DNA from: Candidatus Bathyarchaeia archaeon
GTDB lineage: Archaea; Thermoproteota; Bathyarchaeia; Bathyarchaeales; Bathycorpusculaceae
NCBI GenBank assembly: GCA_038882655.1
Contig: JAVZNT010000001.1
Location: 32,001 to 96,000 of the forward strand
Length of the DNA stretch: 64,000 nucleotides
Direction: 5' to 3'
Positions within the stretch are counted from its first letter, which is position 1; each line of letters starts with the position of its first letter. The position numbers were made by a program, and so were the translations under genes. The notes beneath the pieces were generated by a model. That model was not told the origin of the DNA, did not search any database, and saw only the letters and a program-made list of their open reading frames with translations. Of the stretch, positions 50,001 through 59,596 are shown one piece after another.

Positions 50001-50106
50001 GGTCTGCTGCTGTTACTGTAACGAAAAGCATCGGCGTAAAGGCTGCTGTCGCGATTATTATGGTTGCTAATAATGCAAATAGCTTTTTCCTTTTTTCCAT
50101 TTTCAT
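47011..50106 (-). CDS. Probable S-layer glycoprotein
   Basis: Sec signal, 1031 aa, many NxT/S sequons, C-terminal SNIIGVGGPLAN motif like S-layer C-terminal domains; T-rich terminator; adjacent glycosylation locus. Confidence 0.7.
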   Translation of the reverse strand: MKMEKRKKLFALLATIIIATAAFTPMLFVTVTAADPTNWYTKVNGVLTSDYYSLYPFTTKSIDFGLSKFGEMINYPVTTGVGVGLQYPGYDSVGTYDQKAGTSRDPFANEYIDPKLWLNGWLIDIRYTHRTYRDRHVLAMAMFADMAAYGGDWLVGHPYPFNLAPHGGRKTTGYAYTEPLTVLYNGPRRYVALSVTHLYDWFDSDQDGVVDHPDETWPIVDVVLTFIFEKVKKHVIIFKDIKQVISGKELDSPLDIQFSNREEWDLGPPPSYGSYAHFFHQQLTTCYGPEWHLAPGIMREWIQEGYNLRQVPVTKDGYGGPIVRGSVRVYVNGTFKEEGTHYNINYTTGDITWLIPIDGNDWITVVYKLWKYELEERLTGVPHYYDVAQIISSDLKYVGWKAFWPTLSDYSVDAWDKSLQPLIWVDDEDMVPAASEPDIPFVVGEWDFTLGKEYPVQFRGVEVVGLTDYHDAKDPQMTGGPRAALDIEVRYQLEEVFNPWDLRDAVEKDTKRWVQFYNVTELDYYLAVEFGIPLYIYLDHTPVLFEPVWEDYHAFSERVLWGGKLKIPLRAVVTPYDYELYVNATTGVGRIWIPASKVPLPGTMIKILYSTETEFAYNVTANPISLAVQSEDKPANNLVYISWSASVGFTDRLGAAHTVSAMGKLNITNIDTTGNYTFSLTGEFNPFAYDFKVFKEDITWLAVWNLALPSANVTVNGNTTEIDPYDLDVNWRIVGPDHEDLHVEYLDVIIAYNFTTVYNTVTGNYTTYITIEIEPYRGDGLIYREYIPGRYEWITVGRDAHSADSIGASLVSAAFKNKQIEIGNAGFDMMFQEYASISIPYLLHKFSGTGTGWPPNYKDTIYRIALRDDWCHTWPIASSNIIGVGGPLANHISEYYNDFTDAFYGLNTTEAPFTPYAPWVSKIIALSCWSKDTYSGSAGVGYAVIATYRDINGTVGFLVWGISARDTFYASQFLHNEIIYELQRFPLCATSIIIEIDYTDPEHPTFTIPEVLGTISEITVEFVKGGIHPDP

Positions 50107-50233
50107 TCCTCTTTTGAGTCACGTATGGGATGGTGGACACGTTTATTAAAAATTTTTTAGAGGTTCTGACTCAGAATTAGAACAAAAACAAAGAAACACA
50201 TCAGAATAAAAATATAATTCAACATTCCAACGT

Positions 50234-50458
50234 TTATTTTCTAAAAAATTTCAAATGTTTAGGCTGTTCTTTCTTTTCGCCAATGGCAAAAACTTCCAAA
50301 AGTTCGAAGCTTGTCCCACAACCTTTACATTGGACGTAAGCGTGGTTGCGTCTTATCCCAAGCCAAAAACCTTCCCTAGAATTACATTTTGGGCACACAT
50401 TGAACTTGCTTGCCGTAGCCAACATTTCATCTAATTTCAAAGCTTCTCCAATCTCCAA
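50234..50458 (-). CDS. Small Zn-ribbon protein
   Basis: CPKC...CKGCG. Confidence 0.65.
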   Translation of the reverse strand: MEIGEALKLDEMLATASKFNVCPKCNSREGFWLGIRRNHAYVQCKGCGTSFELLEVFAIGEKKEQPKHLKFFRK

Positions 50459-50574
50459 AATAAATTATGCGCCATGAAATTTATGAATTACTGTTTGAAC
50501 AGAAATATTCCTCTGCAGACACGACTGCCACCAAGTTTATTAGATGAAACGAATTTTCAAAAGACTGTTCAAAA

Positions 50575-51213
50575 ATGATAATCCAAATGTTCACCGTTGG
50601 CAAGCTTTTCACAAACTGCTACATTGTAGCATGCCAAGAAACAAGAGAAGCCATAATCATCGACCCCGGATTTGATAGCACCTTTGAAGCAGAAAAAATT
50701 TTCAAGTCTATCGGAGAAAACGCTTTAAACCTAAAATATATCGTGAACACCCACGGCCATCCAGACCACGTCTGCGGAAACGGGATAGTTAAAAAGAAGT
50801 TTCAGACGCCAATTTTGGTTCACGAAAAGGATGCCTTTATGCTTGGAACCTTTGGCAGAGTAATCGCAAAATTTTTCGGCTTCAACAGTTCCTCACCATC
50901 CGCAGACACCCTCCTAAAAGACAGAGATTATGTAAAATTTGGCAAAATAACTCTCAAAGTTATGCATACCCCGGGCCACAGTCCGGGAAGCATATCCCTA
51001 ATAGGCAAAAATGAAGTTTTCACTGGTGACACCCTATTTGCTGGTTCCATTGGAAGGACAGACCTTCCACAAAGTTCAGAATCAGACATGAAAGAATCAC
51101 TAAAGAAGCTAGCAAACTTGCCAGACAGTTTTAAGGTTTACCCCGGCCACGGTCCAATAACAACGATTGGAGAAGAGAAACAGAGTAATCCATTCCTCAT
51201 CGTGGAGCGGTGA
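50575..51213 (+). CDS. MBL-fold hydrolase (glyoxalase II-like)
   Basis: THGHPDH, TPGHSPG, FTGDTLF, YPGHG. Confidence 0.93.
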   Translation: MIIQMFTVGKLFTNCYIVACQETREAIIIDPGFDSTFEAEKIFKSIGENALNLKYIVNTHGHPDHVCGNGIVKKKFQTPILVHEKDAFMLGTFGRVIAKFFGFNSSSPSADTLLKDRDYVKFGKITLKVMHTPGHSPGSISLIGKNEVFTGDTLFAGSIGRTDLPQSSESDMKESLKKLANLPDSFKVYPGHGPITTIGEEKQSNPFLIVER

Positions 51214-51223
51214 CAAGAAGCGT

Positions 51224-51997
51224 TTAAAGAGCCTCTCTAAATAAATCCTCGTCTTTTTCAATTTTCAGCTCTTTTGCGCTTGATTTTTCACTGAATTCTA
51301 CAATGCCCTTTAAGCCTTTTAAGATCACCACTGGCATGGCTTCCTCGGCTTGCCCCATAAGGAGTTCCGCTGCGGCGGCGATTTCATCGACAACAGCTAC
51401 GTTCTTAACCTTCAATACATATCCATAAAGATCCCTTTTACCCCTATAATCCTTGAAGGGTTTGATTCCAGCCAATCCTATAGCAAAGTTTACTTGCCCG
51501 CGTCTAAAAGGTCGGCTATAGGTGTCGCATATTATTATTGCCACATCCTTCCCTGTCAGCCTCCGTATTTCTTTTCGGCATTTTTCTGCTGAAGCGTCTG
51601 GGTCTTCTGGCAGAAGTGTAAAGTTGCTTTCTCCTTTAATGTTTGACTTGTCTATTCCAGCATTTATGCAAACTAAGCCTCGAACATCCTCCACCAGCAA
51701 AATTTCACTGGAGGCTTTTATGACCTCCTTTGTTTCCCTTAAAACAAGCTCCACAAACTTTGAGCTTTTCCCTGTTTTTCTGGCAATTTCTTTAGCCTCT
51801 TCGGATGGGACGACCTCTTTAAGGTTGACAATTCTTCCTTCAGCCTTTGAAAAAATTTTCTGGGCAATAACAATTATGTCTCCGTCTTCGATTTTTAAGC
51901 CGTTTTTCACCGCAGTTTCAACAATTATTTGTGCTACGTTATCTCCGGGATTTATGAAAGGAAAGCCTTCGAGGGCTGTAGCTTTAAACTCTTTCAA
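51224..51997 (-). CDS. cofE: Coenzyme F420-0:L-glutamate ligase
   Basis: QKIFSKAEGR, NAGIDKSN, LPEDPDASA, DTYSRPFRRG, DEIAAAAELLMGQ. Confidence 0.94.
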   Translation of the reverse strand: MKEFKATALEGFPFINPGDNVAQIIVETAVKNGLKIEDGDIIVIAQKIFSKAEGRIVNLKEVVPSEEAKEIARKTGKSSKFVELVLRETKEVIKASSEILLVEDVRGLVCINAGIDKSNIKGESNFTLLPEDPDASAEKCRKEIRRLTGKDVAIIICDTYSRPFRRGQVNFAIGLAGIKPFKDYRGKRDLYGYVLKVKNVAVVDEIAAAAELLMGQAEEAMPVVILKGLKGIVEFSEKSSAKELKIEKDEDLFREAL

Positions 51998-52176
51998 GGT
52001 TTAACGCCAGCTTTATGTTTTCTAGATGATGTGCTTTCTCTATGTTAAAACTATTGCTTCTTGCCGCATCAAAAACAGACTTCAACGATGTATTTCCAAG
52101 TTTTATTTTGAATTCATAATGCTTAAGCAAGCCTTGGCGAAAGGATAGTTTAACCACAATATATGGATGCAGCCAT

Positions 52177-54855
52177 ATGAAGAACAAAATGAAAATTCTA
52201 GCCTTAATCTTGGTTGTAATCTTCAGTTTAGCAATCTTCCCGCTTAACAGTTTACTCCCAACCGTTAAAGCAACCTATGTTGAAGGAGAAATAACAATAG
52301 ATACTGTTTGGACTCTTGTCGACAGCCCGTTTATCCTTTCTGGAAATGTCACTGTTCGCGATGGTGTAACACTAACGATAGAGCCAGGAGTTGAAGTGAA
52401 ATTCGGAGGAAAATTCTCACTAATCATTAATGGTAGACTCATCGCAAAAGGGACAACCGAATTTGATGGATTAATAAAATTTACTTCAAACAAGGCGATG
52501 CCTGAACCTGGAGATTGGGGGACACTTTATTTTAATGGGACGAGTCAACCTCCCTCGCTGCTGGAAAACTCCATGATAGAGTATGGAGCGAATGGCACGA
52601 CAATAGCAGGTGGTGAACTAACACTTCGAAGCTGCGTTATACGCTTAAACTCTGAAAATGGAGTGATAGCGTTGAACGGTTCAGTAACTATTGGACGTGA
52701 CGTCTTAATATGTAACAACACCTTAAGCGGCATCCACATATCCGGAGGCAACGTAACAGTAGAGGCTGGCCGTATAGAGTTTAATGGAGATGGCATAACC
52801 TTAACAGGAAACCTAACAACATTCAATGTTGACATAACAGGAAACAACGTGAGTCTCAACGAAAAAAGTGGAATATCATTAGCAATGGAAGATTATAACC
52901 CAGGCGGCTTTATCGTTCAAAACAATACGGTTGTCTCAAACTACTACGGGTTCTATGTTCAAACAAACGTAAGCACTCTTATAACACGAAACTACATCAT
53001 CCAAAACGAGGTCGGAGTCTTTTATGCGCTAGGAAATAGACATGAAGCCCATTTCAACAACATTATTGGTAATATTCTTGGCATGGATGTTTCAGCAACA
53101 GCCGCTGTAAATGCAACACGCAACTACTGGGGACACCCGAGTGGTCCATACCATGAATGGTTAAACCCTATTGGAAAGGGTGACCCAGTAGGTGGTGATG
53201 GCGTTAATCTTGACTTCATATTTTTCCTAACAGCGCCAATAGATTATAGAAACAGTCCGCCAACGGCTGTTCTCTGGACAGATAAGATTACGGTTGCCCC
53301 AGGCCGAGAAGTGGCTTTCGTTGGCTTTGACTCTTTTGATGAGGGGCGTGTTGACCGGTACTTTTTCGATTTCGGAGACGGATATGACACCAACTGGACA
53401 ACATTGTCAATATTCTTCCATAACTATAACGCTGTTGGAAGCTACGTTGCTCGCCTATGGGTTATGGATGATTTTGGCGATGTTAGCATCCCGGCTTCCA
53501 CCACTATATATGTGGTGAATTTGTCATCTTTAAATGTGGAACTCGTTCCCAGCGGTAACGGAGTCCCATCTAACGGGGAAATTTCAATAACCGCGTACGT
53601 TTCGCTGGGTGGAAATCCAGTAGAGGGTGCGAATGTAACCTTCTTCTCTATTAAGGGTGGAAATTTTGCGCCACAATATGGTTTGACGAATTCCTCTGGC
53701 TATTTCACAACATCGTTCACGGCGCCAACGGTCGAAGAGATAACGGACGTTAGGGTTATAGCCAGGGCTTCGAAAAGCGGGTTTGTAGATGGCTCCGACC
53801 ACAAGTATTTAACTATTCTCCCACCCCTCAGCGTTGATGTGGAAGCCCAGCCATCTGAAGTTTTGTCGGAAGAAACTTCAACGATAAGCGTTTATGTTTC
53901 TTGGGTTGGTGAACCGGTTGATGGTGCCAATATCACTTTATTCTCAACTAACGGTGGAAGCTTCACAGAGTCTTCAAAGTTAACGAATTCCAGTGGCAAG
54001 GCTTTATTCACTTTTAATGCTCCCTTAACGTCTGAGGAACTTGTAACGGTGATTGTAGCGCATGCTTCGAAAGGAGGATTTGCCGATGGGGAGGCACAGA
54101 CAGTCGTAACGGTCATGCCAAGAATGTTTCAAATAATGGTTACAGCTGAGCGGAACACAACAGTTTCTGAGGAAATTTTGGCGGTAACCGTTCACGTTGA
54201 ATCTGATGGAACATTTGTCCAAGACGCTAACGTTATCTTGTCTGCCGATGCTGGAGCAATTTCACCTACATTTGCCCATACTGACAGTTATGGGAACGCC
54301 ATTTTCACTTTCACAACACCGCCGGTTTCGAAGGAAACAAGCATTACCATAAATGCGACTGTTTCAAAAGCGGGGTTTGCCACCGACACAAGTTCATTAG
54401 TGCTGACCGCAAAGCCTGGAATCTTAACAATAGTTATTGTTCCGAGAGCCTTCTCTGTGCCGTCAGAAACTACTGTTGAAATCGATGTTTATGTAACATG
54501 TGATGGCCGACCAGTGGCTGGTGCAAATGTTTCAGTTGCTCTTGGCGCGGGAACGCTGGTTTCGCAACCAGGTGTGACTGACGCGAATGGCTATTGCATG
54601 TTTTCCATTTTGGTGCCGAGGACTAGTGAAACGATGGATTTGATGGTTACTGTAAGTGCTGCGAAGTTTGGATATGTAGGCGCGCCTACTGGCGTCTCTT
54701 TGACTGTTGTCCCGGAAACTGGTGGGGGAATATCTTGGCTGACGATTCTGCTTGTGCTTATTCCAGCGTTGCTGGTGATTGTGATTGTCGTCTTGGTGAA
54801 GTTAGGGGTTGTTCAGGTTTCGTTTGGTGAGGAAGAGGAAGGTAGCGTTTCGTAA
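52177..54855 (+). CDS. Membrane-anchored surface protein: beta-helix + PKD + four Ig-like (Big_1) repeats
   Basis: Signal peptide, LTIEPGVEVKF/ATRNYWG beta-helix, FDFGDG PKD, four PV.GANV...T...G repeats, C-terminal TM. Confidence 0.85.
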   Translation: MKNKMKILALILVVIFSLAIFPLNSLLPTVKATYVEGEITIDTVWTLVDSPFILSGNVTVRDGVTLTIEPGVEVKFGGKFSLIINGRLIAKGTTEFDGLIKFTSNKAMPEPGDWGTLYFNGTSQPPSLLENSMIEYGANGTTIAGGELTLRSCVIRLNSENGVIALNGSVTIGRDVLICNNTLSGIHISGGNVTVEAGRIEFNGDGITLTGNLTTFNVDITGNNVSLNEKSGISLAMEDYNPGGFIVQNNTVVSNYYGFYVQTNVSTLITRNYIIQNEVGVFYALGNRHEAHFNNIIGNILGMDVSATAAVNATRNYWGHPSGPYHEWLNPIGKGDPVGGDGVNLDFIFFLTAPIDYRNSPPTAVLWTDKITVAPGREVAFVGFDSFDEGRVDRYFFDFGDGYDTNWTTLSIFFHNYNAVGSYVARLWVMDDFGDVSIPASTTIYVVNLSSLNVELVPSGNGVPSNGEISITAYVSLGGNPVEGANVTFFSIKGGNFAPQYGLTNSSGYFTTSFTAPTVEEITDVRVIARASKSGFVDGSDHKYLTILPPLSVDVEAQPSEVLSEETSTISVYVSWVGEPVDGANITLFSTNGGSFTESSKLTNSSGKALFTFNAPLTSEELVTVIVAHASKGGFADGEAQTVVTVMPRMFQIMVTAERNTTVSEEILAVTVHVESDGTFVQDANVILSADAGAISPTFAHTDSYGNAIFTFTTPPVSKETSITINATVSKAGFATDTSSLVLTAKPGILTIVIVPRAFSVPSETTVEIDVYVTCDGRPVAGANVSVALGAGTLVSQPGVTDANGYCMFSILVPRTSETMDLMVTVSAAKFGYVGAPTGVSLTVVPETGGGISWLTILLVLIPALLVIVIVVLVKLGVVQVSFGEEEEGSVS

Positions 54856-54915
54856 GACGTAATATTTAATAACTAAAAGTGTATAGATATATAACATAAG
54901 TACAGGAGAAGACAC

Positions 54916-56544
54916 ATGACCAAACTACACCTCAAAGAAAAACTCACAAAAATCAAGAAAATAAGGATAAAATTCAACATTGGAAAACCCAAAAAGGCGA
55001 CCATCCCACCACCACCGCCAAAATCCATTCCTAAAGGCTTCAAAGTTGTTGATCGTTATCCGCTCTATGAGCCCTTCGCTCACGTAGCTATAGTGCAAAA
55101 TCCAAAAACTGGCGAATATAAGTACATTTTAGACGAGTTGCAGCTTGACCCGTTGGAAAGGAGTGTTTACAACCGAATATTGGAAATACTCCTCGCTGAG
55201 ATCGAGTCACCTAAAGAGGAAATATTAGACCCTAGAAAATTCTTTGCAGAGGAAGCCAAAAAGATTGTTGACAAGTATCGCATAAGCTTGGGATGGCTTC
55301 CAGACGTTTCATGGTACAAGATTCTATACCATGCTGAAAGAGATCTTGTAGGGTTTGGAAGAATAGATCCGCTGATGCGTGATCCAAACATCGAAGATAT
55401 TTCATGTGACGGAGTGAAAAAGCCTGTTTACGTTTGGCATAGAAACTATGAAAGCATAGAAACAAACCTAGAATTTGAAAATGACGAAGAACTCGACAAC
55501 ATGGTTGTTAAGCTTGTACACATGGCTGGGAAACACGTAAGCTCAGCCTTTCCAATCGTAGACGCCTCGCTTCCGGGAAAGCATAGGCTTGCTGTCTGCT
55601 ATAGGCGTGAAATTACACCTTTCGGCACAGCCTTTACGATTAGGAAGTTTAGGGAAGACCCCTACTCAATAGTAGATCTCATAAACCTTGGCACTTTCTC
55701 TGAGGAGATGGCTGCTTACTTCTGGCTGTGTCTAGAAAACAGAGCATCAATAATGGTTTTGGGAGGAACGGCAGCCGGGAAAACAACAGCCCTAAACGCT
55801 TTAGCATGTTTAATCAGACCCGGGAGCAAAATAATTACTATAGAGGAGACGGCGGAGCTTAACCTTCCCCACGAAAACTGGGTTTCCCTTATAGCCAGGC
55901 AAAGCTATGGACTTGGAGGAAGCAGCGTCGGCGAGGTAACCCTCTTCGACCTCGTTAAGACATCTATGAGGCACCGCCCAGACGTGCTCATCGTTGGCGA
56001 GGTTAGAGGACAAGAAGCCTATGTGCTTTTCCAGGCGCTTGCCACTGGTCACGGCGGAATGTGCACGATGCACGCTGAAAACCTAGACTCTGCCATAAAA
56101 CGTTTAACCCAGAAGCCAATGGACATTGCACCAGCCTACATTCCATTAATGAACATTGTCTTGTCGGTTCAAAGGGTGCACCTGCAGAAGTCCGGTGAGA
56201 GAAAAGCCTACAGGCGTGTAATGAACGTGAATGAGATAGCTGACTATGAGGATTATAGGTGCACATTCAAATGGCACCCGGTGAAAGATGAGCACCTACA
56301 ATCGATGAACAAAAGCATAATGCTGGCTGGAATTTCAGAACGCCTAGGCGTAAGCAAGAAGGACTTGCTAGAGGAAATTGATAGGCGAAAGCAGATTTTG
56401 CATTGGATGCGGGAACGCAACATAAGAAGCTACAGAGACGTAGCTGCAATAATCGCTGAATATTATGCACGTCCAAAACAGTTCTATGAAAAAGTTCTCG
56501 CCGGGGAGGAGGTGAAAGCTGTTGCCGTTTCTAGAAACCCTTGA
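54916..56544 (+). CDS. Type IV pilus assembly ATPase (VirB11/FlaI family)
   Basis: DPNIEDISCDG, GGTAAGKTT, IEETAEL, RHRPDVLIVGEVRG, TGHGG.CTMHA. Confidence 0.95.
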   Translation: MTKLHLKEKLTKIKKIRIKFNIGKPKKATIPPPPPKSIPKGFKVVDRYPLYEPFAHVAIVQNPKTGEYKYILDELQLDPLERSVYNRILEILLAEIESPKEEILDPRKFFAEEAKKIVDKYRISLGWLPDVSWYKILYHAERDLVGFGRIDPLMRDPNIEDISCDGVKKPVYVWHRNYESIETNLEFENDEELDNMVVKLVHMAGKHVSSAFPIVDASLPGKHRLAVCYRREITPFGTAFTIRKFREDPYSIVDLINLGTFSEEMAAYFWLCLENRASIMVLGGTAAGKTTALNALACLIRPGSKIITIEETAELNLPHENWVSLIARQSYGLGGSSVGEVTLFDLVKTSMRHRPDVLIVGEVRGQEAYVLFQALATGHGGMCTMHAENLDSAIKRLTQKPMDIAPAYIPLMNIVLSVQRVHLQKSGERKAYRRVMNVNEIADYEDYRCTFKWHPVKDEHLQSMNKSIMLAGISERLGVSKKDLLEEIDRRKQILHWMRERNIRSYRDVAAIIAEYYARPKQFYEKVLAGEEVKAVAVSRNP

Positions 56545-58225
56545 AGCATGGTCCTTCCGCATCTTCGGGCGAATAGCGCCATTCTTCCTAAAACATGTTG
56601 TTGAGTTTAAAGACTATTTGGAAAGGGCGAAAATCAAAATTTACCCCGAGACATACGTTTCGCTGATGCTTTTCATATCGGTCTTAACAATTCCAGTAAC
56701 CATAATCTCTGTAATCCTGTTGTACTTCTTCGGTTTTCTTCCAGCCATATTCCTTGTTCCTTTTCCAATTTACGTGATGATAGGTTTCTTCCTAATACCA
56801 TTGTCAAAGGCTGGTGAAAGAGCTTCAAATCTTGAAAGAGAGATGCCCTTCGTAGCCGCATACATCAGCGTAATGGCTTCTGGTGGTATAGCTCCCTACA
56901 CGAGTTTTAAGCGTTTAGCCGAAGTTGAACTAATGCCAGCCATGCGAAGCGAAGCCAGAGAAATAATAAAGGATGTGGAAATCTTCGGAATAGACCCCTT
57001 AACGGCAATAGAAAGCGCAGCTAAAAGAAATCCCCTAGACATTTTCAAAGACTTTTTGGCTGGTTATGCCTCAACAGTCATAATAGGCGGGGACATCGGG
57101 CACTTTCTTGAGAGAAAGGCTGAAGACATTTTCAAAACAAGGGCTATGCGGGTGAAGGCTGCAGCTGAAAGGCTTGGTATGCTCCTAGAAACCTTCATAA
57201 TTGTCATGGTTCTGATGTCCATGTGCTTTTTTATTCTATTTGCTGTGGAAAGCATGCCTAATGTTGGCGGTGGGGGAGGAGTTTCCATGCAGTCTGGCAT
57301 AATACTTTATACCTACATATTCACGCCTATGCTTTCGCTTGTCTTCATTTATTTAGCGCACAGTATGCAGCCTAAAACACCAGTTGTGGATATGCGCCCC
57401 TACAAGGTTTTCGGAGTATTCAGCATAATCGGCATAACGCTGTTACTATTGTTAACGAACTTCTTCGGACTCATCGAAGTTCCTTTCTTCGGTCAGCTTC
57501 AAACAGTTATAGACTTGCCAGTAGCCATAGCAATAGCCTTGTTCGTTGCGACAGCTCCTGCTGCCATAGTGTACCATAAGGTCAGCAGTTATAGGACGAG
57601 TATGGAGCAGGGAATAAACAGCTTTTTAAGAGATTTGACAGAAGTTAGGAAAACTGGTTTATCGCCAGAAAAATGCATAGAAAGTTTGTCCAACCGTGAT
57701 TATGGCGTTTTCAGCAAGGAACTGCGCAAAATAAGCTCTGAAATTTCGTGGGGTGTTCCTGTTAGGAAAGTGATTATGGACTTTGTTAAGCGTACGAAAA
57801 GCTGGTTGGCTCAGCTTGTTATGTTCCTACTTGTTGAAACGATAGATGTGGGTGGCGGAACCATAGCCATGGTTGAATCTCTGGCAAGGTTCAACAACCT
57901 AACACAGGAGGTTGAGAAGGAAAAGAAGATGGCTACACGCCCATATGTGATGATGCCTTACTTCGCTGCAATTCTTTTGGTGGCGACAACAATTATGATG
58001 CTAGACTTCGCTGGCGCCACTAGAGAAGTTGCTGGGGGTAGTCCAGCGGCAGACATGACGGGCATAAAAACAATTTTCACCACGTCGGTGATTTTCCACA
58101 GCTATTTGATAGGCGTTGTAGCTGGCAAAATAAGCGAGGAGTCCGTGGCTGCCGGCTTTAAGCACGCTGCAATACTGGTAATAATTGCTGTTTTAGCCGC
58201 GAAACTCGTGCCCATGTTCCTATAA
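56522..58225 (+). CDS. Type IV pilus platform protein (TadC/FlaJ-like, two T2SSF domains)
   Basis: LEREMPF...GIDPLTA and FLRDLTEVRKTG...SWG repeats; start overlaps ATPase. Confidence 0.92.
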   Translation: MPFLETLEAWSFRIFGRIAPFFLKHVVEFKDYLERAKIKIYPETYVSLMLFISVLTIPVTIISVILLYFFGFLPAIFLVPFPIYVMIGFFLIPLSKAGERASNLEREMPFVAAYISVMASGGIAPYTSFKRLAEVELMPAMRSEAREIIKDVEIFGIDPLTAIESAAKRNPLDIFKDFLAGYASTVIIGGDIGHFLERKAEDIFKTRAMRVKAAAERLGMLLETFIIVMVLMSMCFFILFAVESMPNVGGGGGVSMQSGIILYTYIFTPMLSLVFIYLAHSMQPKTPVVDMRPYKVFGVFSIIGITLLLLLTNFFGLIEVPFFGQLQTVIDLPVAIAIALFVATAPAAIVYHKVSSYRTSMEQGINSFLRDLTEVRKTGLSPEKCIESLSNRDYGVFSKELRKISSEISWGVPVRKVIMDFVKRTKSWLAQLVMFLLVETIDVGGGTIAMVESLARFNNLTQEVEKEKKMATRPYVMMPYFAAILLVATTIMMLDFAGATREVAGGSPAADMTGIKTIFTTSVIFHSYLIGVVAGKISEESVAAGFKHAAILVIIAVLAAKLVPMFL

Positions 58226-58244
58226 CCCAAAAGAGGGAGAAGAA

Positions 58245-59102
58245 TTGAAGTTTAAGCTTCCAAAAAACGCCGGACTGAAAGACAATAGAAAAGCTGTTAG
58301 TCCGGCAATTTCGTCTGTGATTCTTACGGGGGCAGTGGTGGTGCTTGTAATTGTGGCGATGAACTTCGCCATAACTCTTCGTGATTCAAAAATCGCGGAA
58401 AACGAGTTCGCCTCTGTCAAGCAGTTTATGCAGACGGCCGCTGTCCAAATAGATGATATAGCGTGGGTTCCGTGGCGGGCTCAAACTTTTCGCTATTCGA
58501 GAAGCTATGGGAGCATGAGTTTTATTCCTAACATGCTTAATTTCACAATCTATTTCAGGAACGCTTCTGGCGAGTATCGCCTCGGTTCTTATGTTTCCGG
58601 GGTTCTCGCGTTTAACATGCCCATTTCAAGATATAATGTACATGACAACTATTTCGAGTTGATATATCCATCTGATAATTCATTGGCTGATTGTTTCATA
58701 TTTAGTGGAGCTAATGCGCCAGTTACAAGAGTTTATGCCATCGAAAGGTTGTCAACGGGCTCGTTTGTGAGGCTGATTTTAAACCCGTGTGTGAGGATTG
58801 TTGAGGCAGATTTTTCTGGTAAAAAGCAGTATAAGCTTTATCTTCCAATCTTGTATGAATCCAGTTCTAGAGGAAACAATCCAACGGTGACACTCACTTC
58901 TAAGCAAATCTTTTCAGATGTAAGAGATGCGACGAAAATAAGGGTTGTTGTAACCACAACTCCAGCCTATGGCGCCAGCTTCTTTGTGAAGTCACCACAC
59001 GGTCCTAATACAATCATTGATAAGGAAATTGATTTGGGCGGCGTTTCAACCGTCGTTTTTTACTTGAGTAAGGTGGAGGTCGCAGTTGGTGTTAATCCAT
59101 AA
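58245..59102 (+). CDS. Pilin-like protein
   Basis: Class III signal NRKA|VSPAISSVILTG. Confidence 0.75.
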   Translation: MKFKLPKNAGLKDNRKAVSPAISSVILTGAVVVLVIVAMNFAITLRDSKIAENEFASVKQFMQTAAVQIDDIAWVPWRAQTFRYSRSYGSMSFIPNMLNFTIYFRNASGEYRLGSYVSGVLAFNMPISRYNVHDNYFELIYPSDNSLADCFIFSGANAPVTRVYAIERLSTGSFVRLILNPCVRIVEADFSGKKQYKLYLPILYESSSRGNNPTVTLTSKQIFSDVRDATKIRVVVTTTPAYGASFFVKSPHGPNTIIDKEIDLGGVSTVVFYLSKVEVAVGVNP

Positions 59103-59116
59103 GAGGGTGATGGAAC

Positions 59117-59596
59117 ATGCCACATGTGGCAATTGAATATGTGATTATGGTTCCGATATTGATAGCACAGATATTTCTCTTCCCGTTGGCAGCAAGTGCC
59201 CTCACAAACATTTATGTTGAGTCTAGGAGGAGGCTGACGGCGGAGGCAGCTGCCAGCCGCTTGGCAAGCTCAATACAGCAGCTTTACTTCTCCCTTAACC
59301 ATGAGTCGACTCCGTCTGGCACGGTGACTTTTGATCCTGGATTGCCCAAATACATTGATGGTTACTATTATGTTGCGAGGGGGGAGTTAACGTCCATAAG
59401 GGAGGGTGGAGCGGCTAAGCTGAATATTAGTTTAGCTGTTGCTGGGTTAAACATCAGAGTATCAGCCTATGCTACTCTTGGACCTAATGTGAGCTGGGAC
59501 TCAAATTCTGTTTTTGTCAGCAACTCCACAAGGGCTTTTATTGAAGTGACTAAGGATTCAAACGGCGCCTTTTATTTCCGTTTTGGAGGTGGCTAA
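59117..59596 (+). CDS. Minor pilin-like protein
   Basis: N-terminal hydrophobic helix with IEY; within pilus operon. Confidence 0.65.
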   Translation: MPHVAIEYVIMVPILIAQIFLFPLAASALTNIYVESRRRLTAEAAASRLASSIQQLYFSLNHESTPSGTVTFDPGLPKYIDGYYYVARGELTSIREGGAAKLNISLAVAGLNIRVSAYATLGPNVSWDSNSVFVSNSTRAFIEVTKDSNGAFYFRFGGG

